A stretch of DNA of 64,000 nucleotides from Lama glama (lineage: Eukaryota): positions 6,512,001 through 6,576,000 of the forward strand of contig CM052817.1 of NCBI GenBank assembly GCA_028534125.1. Reading direction: 5' to 3'. The notes below the pieces were generated by a model that did no database searches, was not told where the DNA came from, and saw only the letters and a list, made by a program, of their open reading frames with translations. The translations under genes and the position numbers were made by a program. Position 1 is the stretch's first letter, and each line of letters begins with the position of its first letter. Positions 38,777 through 52,200 of the stretch are shown in pieces.

Positions 38777-39165
38777 GTTATGGTTTAAATTGTATCCCCC
38801 CAAAATTCATACGTTCAAGTCTTAACCTCTAGCACTGCAGATTGTGATGTTATCTGGAAAACAGGGTCACTATAGATATAATAGAATGCAGTAGGCCCCT
38901 AATCCAATATGAATGGCATCCTTTATACAAAGGAGAAATTTGGACACAAACGGATGTAGAGGGACAATGATGTGAAGACAGAAGGAGAAGACAGCCTCTA
39001 GGCCAAGGAGCAAGACCTGCAACAGATCCTCCCCTGAGAGCTCTCAGAGGAGCCAAACCTGCCAACACCTTGATCTTGGACGTCCAGCCTGTAGATCTGT
39101 GAGAAATACATCTCTTGTGGTTAAGCCTCTGAGTTTGTGACACTTCGTTACAGCAGCCCTATTGA
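38777..39165 (+). mobile_element. MLT1 (MLT1A/B-like) LTR
   Basis: tgttatggtttaaattgtatccccccaaaattcatacgttcaagtcttaacc...gccaacaccttgatcttggacgtccagcct...cttcgttacagcagcc. Confidence 0.9.
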
Positions 39166-39487
39166 ACCAGCTCAGAGGGGATCCACCAAAGAGCCAGAAG
39201 GAAGGTTGGAGAGGACAGTTAGAGAAAAGAAAGAGATGACCAGGTGTTTCCTTAAACAGAAATAAACCCAGTTACACCAGCCCTAAGAAATCAATATACA
39301 TGTGCCTACATTTTAGATCAAAAGAAATTGAACACAGCTTTTGCAAGAGGTCCATGGATCAAGTTCTAGTCCCAGAGAAAACTAACACAGACCCCAAGAA
39401 CTGTCCCGTGATCATGCTGCGCTCTGATTCTTCAGATTCTTAAATTATTGATCGACCTAATGGTGGTTTCCTTCCCAACAGTCATCC

Positions 39488-40050
39488 TTTCATTCATTCG
39501 AGAATTATTTATTTAGTACTTCACTCCATGCCGAGCAAAGTGCAGTGCCCTTGGGTCCCCGTAGTGAACTCAGGGGACCTTACTAGGGTCTAGCAAGAGA
39601 GACAGACAAGGAAAGGGACAAAAACCAGGGCTGGGGTGCTTCCCTTTTACTCCGGCCCTGGAGTAAAAGGGAAGCACATAGAGTGCAGGGAGGTGCCCAG
39701 CCTGAGATGCAGATCTGCGGGCTGGCCTGAGTAGTGATGTCAAAGATAGACCTCAAAGGATGAATAGGTATTTTGCAGATGCATCAAAGAGATAAAGGGA
39801 GGTTGCAGCCGGAGAACACATGAAAACGCACAAGGAAGCACAGTGCACTTCTGAAATCGCAGCGAGCTCAGTTTGTCCAGAGGAGTGGTGCAGTCAGAAG
39901 CCAGGTGGTGAAGTCACCACTTTACAGAGGGAATTTGGCTTTATCCTGAGAGCGAAGAGAAACCCCTTGCAGAGGAGTGACAGGTCAGCTCTGAGCTTCA
40001 GAATGCTGTTCTGCTGGTTCGAGCTGAGGGAGGGGATGCGAGGGGACAGG
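39488..40050 (-). mobile_element. L2 LINE fragment
   Basis: ttcattcattcgagaattatttatttagtact...agacctcaaaggatgaatagg...gggaatttggctttatcctgag. Confidence 0.7.
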
Positions 40051-41869
40051 GCGGGGCAGAGGACTTCCCAAGCCCTGCCCCGCTGCCCCTGACTTACTTC
40101 TCTACAGCCCTCGGCTTGCTGGCTGCTCCTCGCTCACCCCTGGTTGTTATCAAAACTCTAAGGATAAGGGAAAGCTCAGCCAGGAGTCAGGAGACAATCG
40201 GGCCAGGGATTCCTTGGTTCCAGAGATGGGAGAGGCTGATCTCACAGATGATAGGACTTTAATAGCTGCAGCTTCCCAGGACAGAGGCTGATTCATCAGC
40301 ACAAAACACCCCCATGAACCCTGCAGGTGGGGTTTTCTGGATACAATCAAATTGCATGACCTCAGCTCAGTCATGTATCTATTCCAGACCTGTTTCCCGA
40401 TCTTGAAGGTTTAAAAGTTAGGCTAGGATAACTTTAAGGCTACTTCTAGAATGTTCAGTGTTTTATGCAATGTAAACATCATGACGGAATGGCTAATGCT
40501 TCTCATTTGCTGTGTCTTTCCCTAATAAAAAGGACAGTGCAGCTGGGAATAAACTGGAATTTGCATTTTTGAGCCCCTCCCATGTTCTAAGGACCCGCTC
40601 ATTGTCTTACATTTATTATGTTCCTCATCAAAGCTTTTCCTGACTACCCGGGTTATCACATTAATGGAATTTATCGCATCTTGCTACTGAATTCGTATAT
40701 GCATGTGGTTACTTACATCTTTTTACTGGGACCTTGGTTGTTTTGTGCTATAGCTCTTGAATAAAGCCTGGCACGTAATAGCTTCTTAACAAATGTGTGT
40801 GGAACAAACTCTGATCTTGCTGGGTTATCACTGCTGGATATGGGGACAGTCTCAGAAAGGCCAAGTTACATGAGGTAGCACAGAGTGAACTTGGAGTGGA
40901 GTGGCTGAATTCAAATCCAGGTCTGGATTGCAAATCCTACAGTGTCTCCCTTCCATTGCCAGGTCTTTTCTTATTCAACTTCCTTTATTCCTAAACTCAA
41001 CCTCCTAATATTCAAGAGAAAAAGGAAGAATCTGGGGCTAGGATGTCTGTGTTTGCTTCAGGAAATATGTAACATGACAGTATGAATATGATAATGAGGA
41101 GAGACATTTTTAAAACTCTGAAGCTCGTTATCTCCTTACTCTTAACAGTCCAGTGCAAGCACTTGTCAGTTCTCACTTAACACTTCTTTCATTTTCCCCC
41201 TTTAGTTGGACGCAGGAGAGAGAGTCTGTTGTGAGAGAATCATTGACCCCATTCCTTTCTCCTTGAAGACGGGATAAAGCACTCAGTTTCGAAGAACTCC
41301 CTTACCCGTTTAGTGTCATTTTGTGTAGTGTTTCTGGAGTCCTGGATTGCAAACTTCTGAAAGCTGCAGAGACCTCTTGAACATTCGATTCTCTATGTCA
41401 AAAGAAATGAAAGAGACAGCAACTTAATTCTTCACTAATAAAATATAATCGAGCTCTGGTTTGGAGTTTGGGGAGAAAGCCACCATTCCCCAATTAATGT
41501 ACACTGCGATTTCATACATAATTCTTCAGCTGTACACCCTGAACTCCATTTTCCCTGTCTGGGATTGTGTGAAAGAACAGAGCTGTGAACACAGAGTGCA
41601 ACCCTGGCCCCAGCGTGGTCACTTTATGGCTAGCCGTCCCCTGGGTTTGGCGTGGTCTGAGGTTCACTGCAGTCAGCCCAGCCCAGAAGCTCTGCAAGCC
41701 AGCAGAAGTCCAGACAGCCAGCTGTAGACGCCCTGTATGGAGAGGCCCCAGTCTGTGTGGTCTTTGCTGAGAGAGTGAATTGCTCTTTTGAATAACTGGC
41801 AGTAGGTGTCATTGGAATTAAAATTATAGTTGAACTTCTTTGTGTGTTAAATCATTCTACAGTGACTGA

Positions 41870-42435
41870 AGCAGGAAGCTTCTGAATTGACTGTCAGTGG
41901 TCTCCACCCCCCAGGTTTTCACTACATGCGTAACCTCCTCCCCGTGAGTTTGGTCTGGACCCAAACCAGTGACTCACTTCTAACCAATGCAATACGGCAA
42001 GATGTGGGATGCTGGTTCCCAGATGAGGTTATAGAGATCGTGACGTCCATCTTGCCGGTTTTCTTACTGTGTCTGGCTCACTCTGGCTCCTCTCACTTCT
42101 ATGAAGCAAGCTGCCCACGGAGCGGTCCGGGTTGCCACAAACTGAGGGTAGCCACTAGCTAACAGCCAGGGAGTAACCAAGGCCTTCACCACAGCAGTCC
42201 ACAAATAATTGACCTTAGTAAAAGCCAAGTGAGTGAGTCTGGAAAAGTTTCATTCCCTTGTCAAGCCTTAAGATGACTCAAATTGTCTTGCTCAACAACT
42301 GGATTCCAGCCTGTAAGGGATTCTGGCCCAAAAGAACCAAATAAGCTTGACCCAGAGGAAACGTGAGATAATAAATGTTGTCTAAAGCCACTCAGTTTGA
42401 GGGCAGTTTACTATCCGGTAAGAGATAACTAATAC
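41870..42435 (+). mobile_element. MLT1 LTR
   Basis: ccagtgactcacttctaaccaatgcaatacggcaa...atgaagcaagctgcc...gtcaagccttaagatgac...gtgagataataaatgttgtctaaagccactcagtttga...gataactaataca. Confidence 0.8.
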
Positions 42436-42449
42436 AGACAACTTTTTAC

Positions 42450-43830
42450 CTTAAGAAATTACCCAAAGGACTGTTGGAATCAATGAGAGTTCAGTAAACT
42501 GAATGAATGGTAAACATATACTTAGCAAAAAACTAGATTTAAAAATACTTAATCAGAAAATATATCATTAACCATAGCCAAAGTAATAAAATATTAAAAG
42601 TAATTTCAACGGGAAATATGAGGGGATATTTGTGGAAAACAACAAAATACTACTGAAAAACAGGAAACAATACTTGAGTCATCAGCATATAGTTCATATT
42701 TCCAGATGAGAAGACTAAAGATTCCAAACCGAGATTTATTTTCATGTAACTTTAAAGAAGACTGTGATTTTTATCAAAATCATGACAGATTGTCTACTTA
42801 ACCAAGAAAGATTAATCCAAATTTACCTTGTAAAAAATAAGTTTATTAAAATAGCAGAGAATTTTATTTTGGAAACAGAAGTCCATTGTGGGAGAACTGA
42901 GCTAATCAGAAATTAAAATTCTACAAAGCTGCAAAAATCAAAAGGGTGTGATTCTGACCCAGACCTAAAGAAACAAATGAAAGGCACAAAATATATATAC
43001 CAGACACAGAATTCCTAGACCATAACAATTTTGTACTTCTTAGATAAATTTATCAAAATGTCAGATCAGAGTGCACATAAGTAAAAACAAAGTAATGAAT
43101 AAATAAACCTAAGGTATATAAAAAGACATTGTAGATTTATTACTGATAAATCATATTTTTAGGAAACATATAGAATAGAGTTGTTATCAATAGTGAACAG
43201 CTAGCCCACACAAATCAATAGGAAAGATACTTGGAATGTCTACAGATAAATGAGAAAATATCTCTCCATTAGTGGAAATGCATTTGTTTAAAAAGCAATG
43301 GGAAGATGTTCAAACTCACCAGTCATTCGAGCCATGCAAAATTGAAATCATTGCAATGAAATCTCATTGCTTAAATATCAAATTTGCAAAGATATTTTGT
43401 AAATGTCAGAATGAAATGCTTTCAAGTGTACTAAAAGATTTTTAAAAATCTCATGCATTGCTAATTTTTGTGTAAATTGGTGTAACCCCTTGAGAGTGCA
43501 ATCCAGCAAGATGTATTGTAAGTTTTATAAATATCCCTCATATTTGATGTGATAGTTCCATTTCTCAAATGTATCCTTAAAAAGAGACTATATGTAAACA
43601 TATTCATCATGCTATTATTTGTAATTGCAAAAATCTTAAAAGAACTTAAATGTCAACAAAGAGGATTGATTACACATATCCTCTTATTTTTAGCCATGAA
43701 AAGGATCTTTGAATGTGAATGTTGTATCATGAAAATGTCTTATCCTGAATGACAACTTAAATAAAGTAGAACAGGCAATTGCCCGTATTTGTTAGACGTG
43801 TATTTATTAAGATATAGATAGTAATGCACA
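42450..43830 (+). mobile_element. Old L1 (L1ME-like) ORF2/3' fragment
   Basis: A-rich; gagagttcagtaaa...atgttcaaactcaccagtcatt...tgtaaattggtgtaacccct...atattcatcatgctattatttgtaattgcaaaa. Confidence 0.75.
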
Positions 43831-44177
43831 AAATAGTTTTCAAGCTTAGATTGTAAAGCATATATTAAAGTAACAATAGCTAAGAGCTCTGCATGCTTTA
43901 TCCTGAAATGGACTAAGGCTTCACAATTAAATTCTCACAACCCTACCAGGCAGGTGCTGGTAGCACCTTGAGTTCACATATGAGGAAACCACCAGAAACA
44001 CATCAGAACTCACATCCAAAGTCAAACAGCTGCTAGCCGGAAGATAGATTTGGAACTTGTCTCCCTCAAAAGAAAGCCCACATTCTTAATCTATGTCTTT
44101 GATCTATATGTCTTTAGAAGAAACCAAAGAAAACATACACCCAAATAATAATAAGGACTCTTTTTGACTGATAGGAA

Positions 44178-44190
44178 TGATGATGATGAC

Positions 44191-44223
<33 letters not shown>
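44178..44223. repeat. (GAT)n microsatellite
   Basis: Read directly; one GAC interruption. Confidence 0.95.
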
Positions 44224-44224
<1 letters not shown>

Positions 44225-45840
44225 ATCATCATTTTCTTTGTCAAAGCATCATCACCATCCTCAACATCATCTTACATTCTTTTATTTTCTAAGTTGTAGT
44301 TAGTGAATATATATTCATCATTAATTATTTTGTATTATGGAGAAATGATAAAAATAAGTCACATGATTATTTTTGGAATGAATTTCTTTGCTACACATAT
44401 GAGGAGATATAAGAAGAATATATAACCTGCTCTAACTGATAGAAGAGGAGAGGTTCACATGGTAAGTCTTGGGGTCAGAGGTGGCCCAATCACTATCTCT
44501 ACACGGACTTGTCTCGTGCCTCCCTTCTTTTACCTGTTTCCATAAATGAAGTGGTTGAAGTGTATTATTTTGAGGCCACCTTCCAACTCCATTATCCCAG
44601 GATTTAAATATTGTCATTTAAACACTAATACTTGTCTTCCCTAATAGAAGTCCATTTTGTGCCCCAATAATCACGTATCTATTTTTCTACAATAGAAGTA
44701 TACACTTTGGGAAAATGTTAGGGTTTCCTACACAAAAATGTTTTCCTTTATGTTTTTTATAAATTAAAAATTCCATCACAGAAAGAGCTGTACCCCAGAG
44801 GGCTAATTCATCTTTCCCTCCATCCCATGTGCCAGTCTGTAAGCAACCAGTAGGATCCTCCTCTTTCAGCCTCACTGGGTAATTGTGCTTCCATGATGAA
44901 TTTCAGGGACTGCTAGGATGCAGTGGCTCTTTATTTGATTTAGACGGAAGCACTCTGCTCCTACTAAGGACCACACCCTGTCCGAGGTGCAGGGGCTGGG
45001 GAACATTTTCAAGTACAAGTTAGACATTTCAGTGAATTTTCCGCTTCTGAAACTCTCTCACTGTTATTTTGTTTTGTTTTGCTTCTGACACATCTCCCTT
45101 GGAAATGGATGGACAGTGCTTCAACTCCCAGTTTTGTCATTTTATTAGCTGTTTGTTTTATGTCCCTCAGCATCCCTGAACACCACAGAGCAGTCTTCAT
45201 TTGTGTAAGAATTTTCAGGAACACTTACAGAAAATATATAAACTTCTAGGCTTCAGATCTCCCATATTTACTTATGCTATCAGGCAACAACTCAGCTTTG
45301 GAGAAACAAAATGACATTAATAACCTTAAATTAGCTACCTCTTTGACATTTGATAGGATCTTTTCCACTAAATTATTACTGTGAGTTCAAGGAATTCCCT
45401 TTTATCTTTCTAGAATTACTATAAATGGGGCTTTCAATAAAATAGAAGTGCTAATGCAGTCAGTTATGCTCCATTATGCCTGTTTCTGGAGAAAATGTGC
45501 ATAAAATACCAGGTGGTAGAATAATGGATCCAAAGCAAGTTCAAAAGGGAAGCTTTTGAGTTCAGGTTTGGGCATGTTTAGTTTGAGATCCTTGTGAGAA
45601 AATCCAGTGTAGGAGTTGAGTAGACAGTCTGGAGCTCTGGATCTGAGTCTGGAGTCATCAGCACATGACTTTTGAAGCTGGTAGTGGGTGAGATCACGCA
45701 GAAGAAAATATACAAAGATAAAAGTACCTGGGGAAAAGTAATATTAAAGAACTCCAACAGTCAACTGTGGGATGGTGGAGAACAATGCGCAGAACACAGG
45801 CATAGAAAGGGTAGTAAAAGAGTGGGAAAAAAAAAAAGAA

Positions 45841-46096
45841 ATAGTATTCCATTGTATAAATATACCATATCTTCTTTATCCAGTCATTTGTCGATGGACA
45901 TTTAGGCTGTTTCCGTGTCTTGGCTATTGTAAATAGCGCTGCTGTGAACATTGGGGTGCAAGTCAACATAATGCCATTTGCAGCGACATGGATGTCCCTG
46001 GATGATGTCATTCTAAGTGAAGTAAGCCAGAAAAGGAAAGAAAAATACCATATGAGATCGCTCATATGTGGAATCTAAAGGAGAAAGAAAGAATGA

Positions 46097-46172
<76 letters not shown>

Positions 46173-46598
46173 AAAAAGAAAGAAAGAAAGAAAGAAAGGA
46201 AGGAAGGAAGGAAGGAAGGAAGGAAGGAAGAAAGAAAGAAAGATAGAAAAGGAAGGAAGGAAGGAAGGAAGAAATTAACATAAATACAAAACAGAAACAG
46301 ACTCATAGACATAGAATGCAAACTTGTGGTTGCCAGGGGAGAGGCGGGTAGGAAGGGACATACTGGGAGTTCGAAATTTGTAGATACTGACAGGCATATG
46401 TAGAACAGATAAACAAGATTATACTATATAGCACAGGGACATATATACAAGATCTTGTGGGAGTTCAGAGTGAAAAGGAATATGATAATGAATATATGTA
46501 TGTTCATGTATAACTGAAAAATTGTGCTCTATGCTGGAAATTGACACGAAATTGTAAACTGACTATAACTCAATAAAAAAAAGAAAAAAAAAGAAAAG
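45841..46598 (+). mobile_element. 5'-inverted L1 insertion in an L2 fragment
   Basis: 45841-45963 is antisense L1 (tagtattccattgtataaa...gaacattggggtgca); 45966-46598 is the sense 3' end, ending gactataactcaataaaaaaa. Confidence 0.9.
46082..46273. repeat. (GAAA)n/(GGAA)n compound microsatellite within an L1 3' UTR
   Basis: Read directly. Confidence 0.97.
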
Positions 46599-47264
46599 CA
46601 CCACAAGAAACAAAAAAATCTCACAATCTCCAAGGAAAGGCAATATTTTGAAGGGATTTGGTGAATTTTGGCAACTCCTGAAAAATCAAGCCAAATGAAG
46701 ACTAAAAAGTGTTTTTAGATTTTGTCACAAAGTTGTTGAGTCTGTGGTAGACAGGTTTGTTCTTTTCCTCACACAGTACTCCTCTTCATGGGGAACTGTT
46801 CTCTTCACTTTAGTCCCTTTGTAAAAAAAAATCTCTTTCTTCCCTACTCAACCTCTATGGTTACTCTGGGAGATGCCCACTGGTACCACTTCATCCCAAC
46901 TCCTGGCCATAGTTGATTGAGTCAAGGAAGAGCACCAGGCCCATAAGAATACTTACCTGGCAATTGGGAATTAAATCAATATTCAAGCTAAGCTCGACTG
47001 GTATCTTGAATTAAGGAGAAGTAAACCGAGGAAGTGTTGACTGTGGCCATTTTTGCTCCATCCCGTCTATAGAAAAGTGAAACATTTTCTGCAGCAAGAA
47101 TGTATGATGGTGCATGTGTTTGAGTGCCCAACTCTTCCAAATTTCTAGCTTCATTCTGATCTCGGTTTCTGTAAATCTATGTCATTTTTGCCTCAGTGAT
47201 TTCAGGTATGACTTTGTTATTTATAAAAATAGTATTTAGAATAAATAAATTCATACTATGATAG

Positions 47265-47470
47265 TTAACACATATTATGAAAAAGTCACACACTATTTGG
47301 TCTACTTCTAGCCTCACAATAGCCGTATTATTAGCTCATTTTAGACAGGGAAAGTGAGGCATAGGGAGGTCAAGTAACTTGTTTAAAGCCATGCAGCCAG
47401 CACACAGCAGAGCTAGGAATTAACATGTATATTCTATACCCTCACTCCATACTCTTAACCACTAGACTAC
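47265..47470 (-). mobile_element. MIR SINE
   Basis: cctcacaatagcc...cattttagacagggaaagtgaggcatagggaggtcaagtaacttgtttaaagccatgcagc. Confidence 0.8.
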
Positions 47471-49159
47471 ACATTCACCACAAGAGCTATTATAAGTAGC
47501 AGATGCTTATAACCGGCAGAGTACTGGGCAGTGGAAGCAGTGACAACATATTCATTCTGGGCTAGGAAGCTTGCCATTCTTGTTGTGTTGAAGTGGACTA
47601 ATCATGTACACTGTTATCTGTTGATTTGGGGGCTTGGATGTGTGCAAGGAGGCTAATGCTTGAAGCATTTTATCAAGTCATTCTACCGTGTGTGTAGTTA
47701 TTGATGGCATTCTATAAGATCCTATAAGAGAAATATTCTCCATTTCAAGCTGTTCTACCTTAAAGCAAAAAACTGAATATCAGGACAAGAACCTATCTTT
47801 AGTAAGAAGGGGATTTTCTGTTGCTAGAGATCTGAGACCCCAGGTAACTGTAATAATGGAAATGGAAATATGGCTTAGGGATAACTGGAAGGGGTCAGAT
47901 GACTTAAGACAACCTGAACCAGCATGTCTCTCCAAAGGACTTCTGCTTATGCCCCTCATCTTATGGGACCAATGTATTAAAGTCTTCCTTCTAAAGTGGT
48001 AAAGTCTTTCCCAAGCACTCGGTTAGATCTGGTTCAATGCATGGCAACAGTCTACAATAGATAATAAATACTTCCAAGCCTGGAAGTTTTATATGCAAAA
48101 GAAATCATCCCAATGGACATTGTTGGGTGCAGCCTTATGACTGGCCACGCATCTCACCCCTTTATCAAAGAGATAGTTCAGATTTTTAGTTATGTAGAGT
48201 AGGAAAGTTTTGAAATTACATTTGTGAAAAGAATATGTGATTGAAAACCAAGAGGTAAGTCTAGTGAACAGCCACTGCTTTGTCTACATAGCATCTACCA
48301 CATTCCTGGAGATTTCTGCTTTTCTGAGATCTGTCCCTCCCTCCCCAATCTAGTGGCATGGTTATCAGGCGGGATTCTGTGCGATTACCCAGTGAGACCC
48401 CAAACCCTGGTCACAACTAGTCAGTTCATAAATTGGTGTCTTCCGCAAGTTAGGCCAGTTAAAAAAGATACTCAGGGAATATGCAATCCACCTGAGAGAT
48501 GACATTTAGGACTGGCTACTCTCTTGGACTGGAGTGATGCAACCCAGAGGATTTTGACTTCTACCATTTTCTTCTGTCTTTCAGATTCACATACAGAGAG
48601 AATCAGCTTGCAGCAAGAGAGGAGAAAAGAAGGAAACATGTGGAGAGACCCAAAGAGTGAAAGACGTGGTTCTAGGGATGGCCAAGGTTTTGGTGGACTC
48701 CGTTCTTGGGTTCTGTGAGATACTCTGTATTCTATTTATCACTTTCCTTTTTAGTTTGTGAGTTATTCAATTTGGATTTAATTTGGGTTTCTGTTGCTTG
48801 TCACTAAATGTTAGCATCCTAATCAAATCTTCAGTAAGAGAAGTTTCAGTGAAGTGGTAGGGGTGGAAACCAGACTGAAGTGAAAAAAAGAATGACTAGA
48901 AATGAAAGAATAGATGAGTGGCAACCTTTTCAAGAAACATGGTAGCACAAGTAAACCTGGGGCAGATCTAGTGTGTAAGGAGTATGGTAAAGACAGCTAG
49001 TGTCCACGGAATGTGCTGCTCCCCTTCAGTGGTGTGGATTTGTTGCTGTAAAGCAGCTGCCTTTAGGATGCTGTGGGTTTGTTTCCTTCTGCTCATATTA
49101 TTTTAGGGTGTTAATGTTAACAGTGAAGACCCAAGAGCGTGCTTGAATTCTGATGAGCA

Positions 49160-49660
49160 GTTTCTTAGTTTTGCTTTGCTGCATAACACACCAATCTAAA
49201 AACCTAGGGACATAAAACAATATATATGATTCATTCTTGATCCCGCAGATTGGCAAGTTGGGTGGGGTTCAACCAGATGATTCTGCTAGGCTAGGCTTGT
49301 CTGTATTAATGGTCAGTCAGCTGATGGTTTTCTGGGCCTGGATACTGTAAGATGGCCACATTTCACATGTGCCTGTTGACCTGCTGCCATCTAGGTTGAT
49401 AAGACAACTGGACTGCATACCTTTTATCATCTAATAGACTTGTCCAAGATTGTGGCATTCAGGATTCCAAGACAGGGAAGAGGACAAGCCCTAATATGCA
49501 AGCACTTTTCAAGTCTTGCCTCATGTTTGCTACTATTGACCACAGCAAAACACATGGCCAAGACTAGAGTCAGAGGAGATGCTGAAGGGCATTACCAAGG
49601 TGTGTGCATTCAAGGAGGCTTGAACAAATAGGACCCGTTATTGAAATCAATCTGCCACAA
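49160..49660 (-). mobile_element. MLT1 LTR
   Basis: ttagttttgctttgctgcataacacacc...ataaaacaa...gcaagcacttttcaagtct...gcaaaacacatggccaagactagagtc...aatcaatctgccaca. Confidence 0.7.
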
Positions 49661-50854
49661 GAGGCATAGTGAATGAATGAGGATGAATGAAATGGGATAA
49701 CTCTTTGTGATGACTATATACAGCTTTCAGGTCTGTTATAACCTTAAAATCGAAGGCAGATTTGCTAGGAGTTCAACAACTTAAAAAGCATCATTTTGGG
49801 GGGCATTTCAAGTAAAATGTTGGTAGCTGATTCAGAATTTCATTTTCTTGGACTTCAATCATTTATTTCTCATAGGATTATAAAGCTGCAAAAAGAGGAC
49901 TTTCTTTCAGAAATCAGGGCAGCCCACTGCCAGCAGTGTGCCCCATTCAGTTCTCTAATTACTGTCATGCTGGCAGAGGTTAAATATTTATGAAGAATGT
50001 GCTTTTTATCACCCAATCTAATTTTTAAACTCAGATTCTCTAATTTCATTGAGATGTGAATAACCAGTGTTTTCCCCCCACTCCTTTAGGTTTTTTGGCA
50101 GGAGTAAAAGATCTCTCCATTCTCATTTATATGGTAAAGAATGACATATTGGTGGGCATGCCTACTGCATAATGTTGCCAAGAAAAGGGAGCAAAATAAA
50201 TTGACATGAAACTCCTTTCAATTCAAGCAAACAATTAGTTCACAGAATGAGCAATATTGGAGAGTGAATTTGCATCCTTTAACTAGGACACTACTTCTGC
50301 CTTTTCTTGGCCTTGTGATCTTTGACAATTAACCCTTCTGAGACCTAGTTTCCTCGTCACTGAAATGAATTTTTTTTATTATTCCTGACTCCATGTATAA
50401 GCTCCCTGTTGCTGCTGTAACAAATTGCCATTAATTTAGTGGCTTAGAGACCACATGGAGGACCTAGGATGACTTACTGAGCTCTTTATTATAAAGATGA
50501 AGAAACTGAATGGCTAAAATGGCTAAATGATGTATGACATGAGGACACCAATGTAATTGGCTTCGAGGCAAACTCACCTTCAGAATCACTGGGGCAATAA
50601 GGAGAGTGCATGGTTTTAGACATAGCTTAAGTGGAAGTCTATGAACTGACAAGATGTGTTGGGACTTACCAAACGGTGAGCCCTGAGTACAGATAGGCAG
50701 TCTTTGCCTTCCAGGTGCCTATTGCTCCATTGAGGAAAATAAACATGCACACATGAAAATGGCAAGGAATGGTCCAAGTGTACAAATTACATGGAATTGA
50801 CTCTCAGAACTGAGTCCCCAGGGGGAGAGCAGTCCCATGGCTGAATGGCAACAC

Positions 50855-51150
50855 TCAGCTTTAGAGACTTACAAGTCTGAGTTTGAATCATATTTCTGCC
50901 ACTTGCTCAATATACGACCTTCAGTGAGTCTCATCACTCTCTGAACGATAATGTAATAAGTTTGAATTGCTCACTTTCTATGTGTCAAGTGCCGTGCTAA
51001 CTACCTTACCTGCGCTCATTTACTTAATCCTCACTTCCACTCTATGAGATTACGCTCCTCTTCATTTACAGAAGAGGAAACTGAGGCACAAAGTGACTCA
51101 GTTATGTTACAAACCCTTCAGGTAAGTATGAGAGAAGCAGAAATGTCACC
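50855..51150. mobile_element. Two adjacent MIRs in opposite orientation
   Basis: gtctgagtttgaatcatatttctgccacttgc (+); atttacttaatcctcac...atttacagaagaggaaactgaggcacaaag (-). Confidence 0.7.
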
Positions 51151-51584
51151 TGCGTGTCCTGTGCCAGCTCCTTCCTGCTGGGTTTGTCTCTGTGCCTTGC
51201 TCAGTTGACCACCTCTCAGGGCCGTTGCGAAGGCTCAACAGTGCTAAGGATGGGGGAGAATTTGTGAGTTCCTGGAACCCACCCCAAAGCAGGGATTGAC
51301 CCCATTTCCCTCTCTCAACCCCTGTCCTCTCAACTTCACTTCATAGCCTTAGCTGATAACCTTGGGATTTGATTTGATCTGAAATGGCCATGCTGATGTT
51401 GTGCTGGTAGTGGCTGTGAGAAATCAAGGAGGTCGCAAAGATAAACCGACTCAGTTGTAGCAGCTGAACACATTTACATAGTGAGCCATTCATGTTTCCA
51501 CCAGCATCTAGCTTCTCTTCGTTTATAAAGGCTTCCCAGATTTCCCCAGACCATCCCAAACCCTTGTAGCTCTACTAAGTCATT

Positions 51585-52200
51585 TCACTCACTCACTCAT
51601 TCAGTCATTCATTCAACACGTGTTTACTGCCTACCTTCCACACTCCAGGCACTGGGAGTTTGTTGTAACCAAGACAGATGAGGTTCTGCATCTCACAGAG
51701 CCTTCTTCATAGTCGGGTGTCCACAGACAATACAAAAATTAGCAAGTAAATAAACAGGTTAGTTCAGATAGGGGCAACTGCTTGGAAGACAATACAATAA
51801 AGGGATGTGACAGAAAATGGCTATGTCAGCACCTGCATGTGAGAGGCGGGGTGAGCACAGGCCTTTCACAGGGAATGACTCTGAAGCTAAAATCCATATG
51901 GTGAGAAGAGTGCCCCACGTTGGGGTTTTTGAGGTACTGCAGGTAAAACCAGTGAGCAACGGAGGTGGAGGTTCACGTCAGGTCAGAGAAGGTGGGACTC
52001 GGATTAAAGAGGGCTTTGCAGCCAGGTCAGCAGAGGTCCCAGTAGTGTGATCTGATAAGTTTAAAAGCCCCGTCTGGTTTTTGCATAGATGGTGGAAGAT
52101 GGCCATGGGGTCGGGGGAAGGGAGATGATGGAACTGAAACCAATTAGGAGGCTATTCTTGTGCCCACAGTGAGAAATGAGAGCTTGGGGTGGGTATGACA
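51585..52200 (-). mobile_element. L2 LINE 3' fragment
   Basis: cactcattcagtcattcattcaacacgtgtttactgcctacc...ccaggcactggg...accaattaggaggctatt. Confidence 0.8.

Noticed and set aside
46013..46321. Lys/Glu/Arg-rich and Phe/Leu/Ser-rich ORFs
   Set aside because: Translations of the (GAAA)n/(GGAA)n microsatellite
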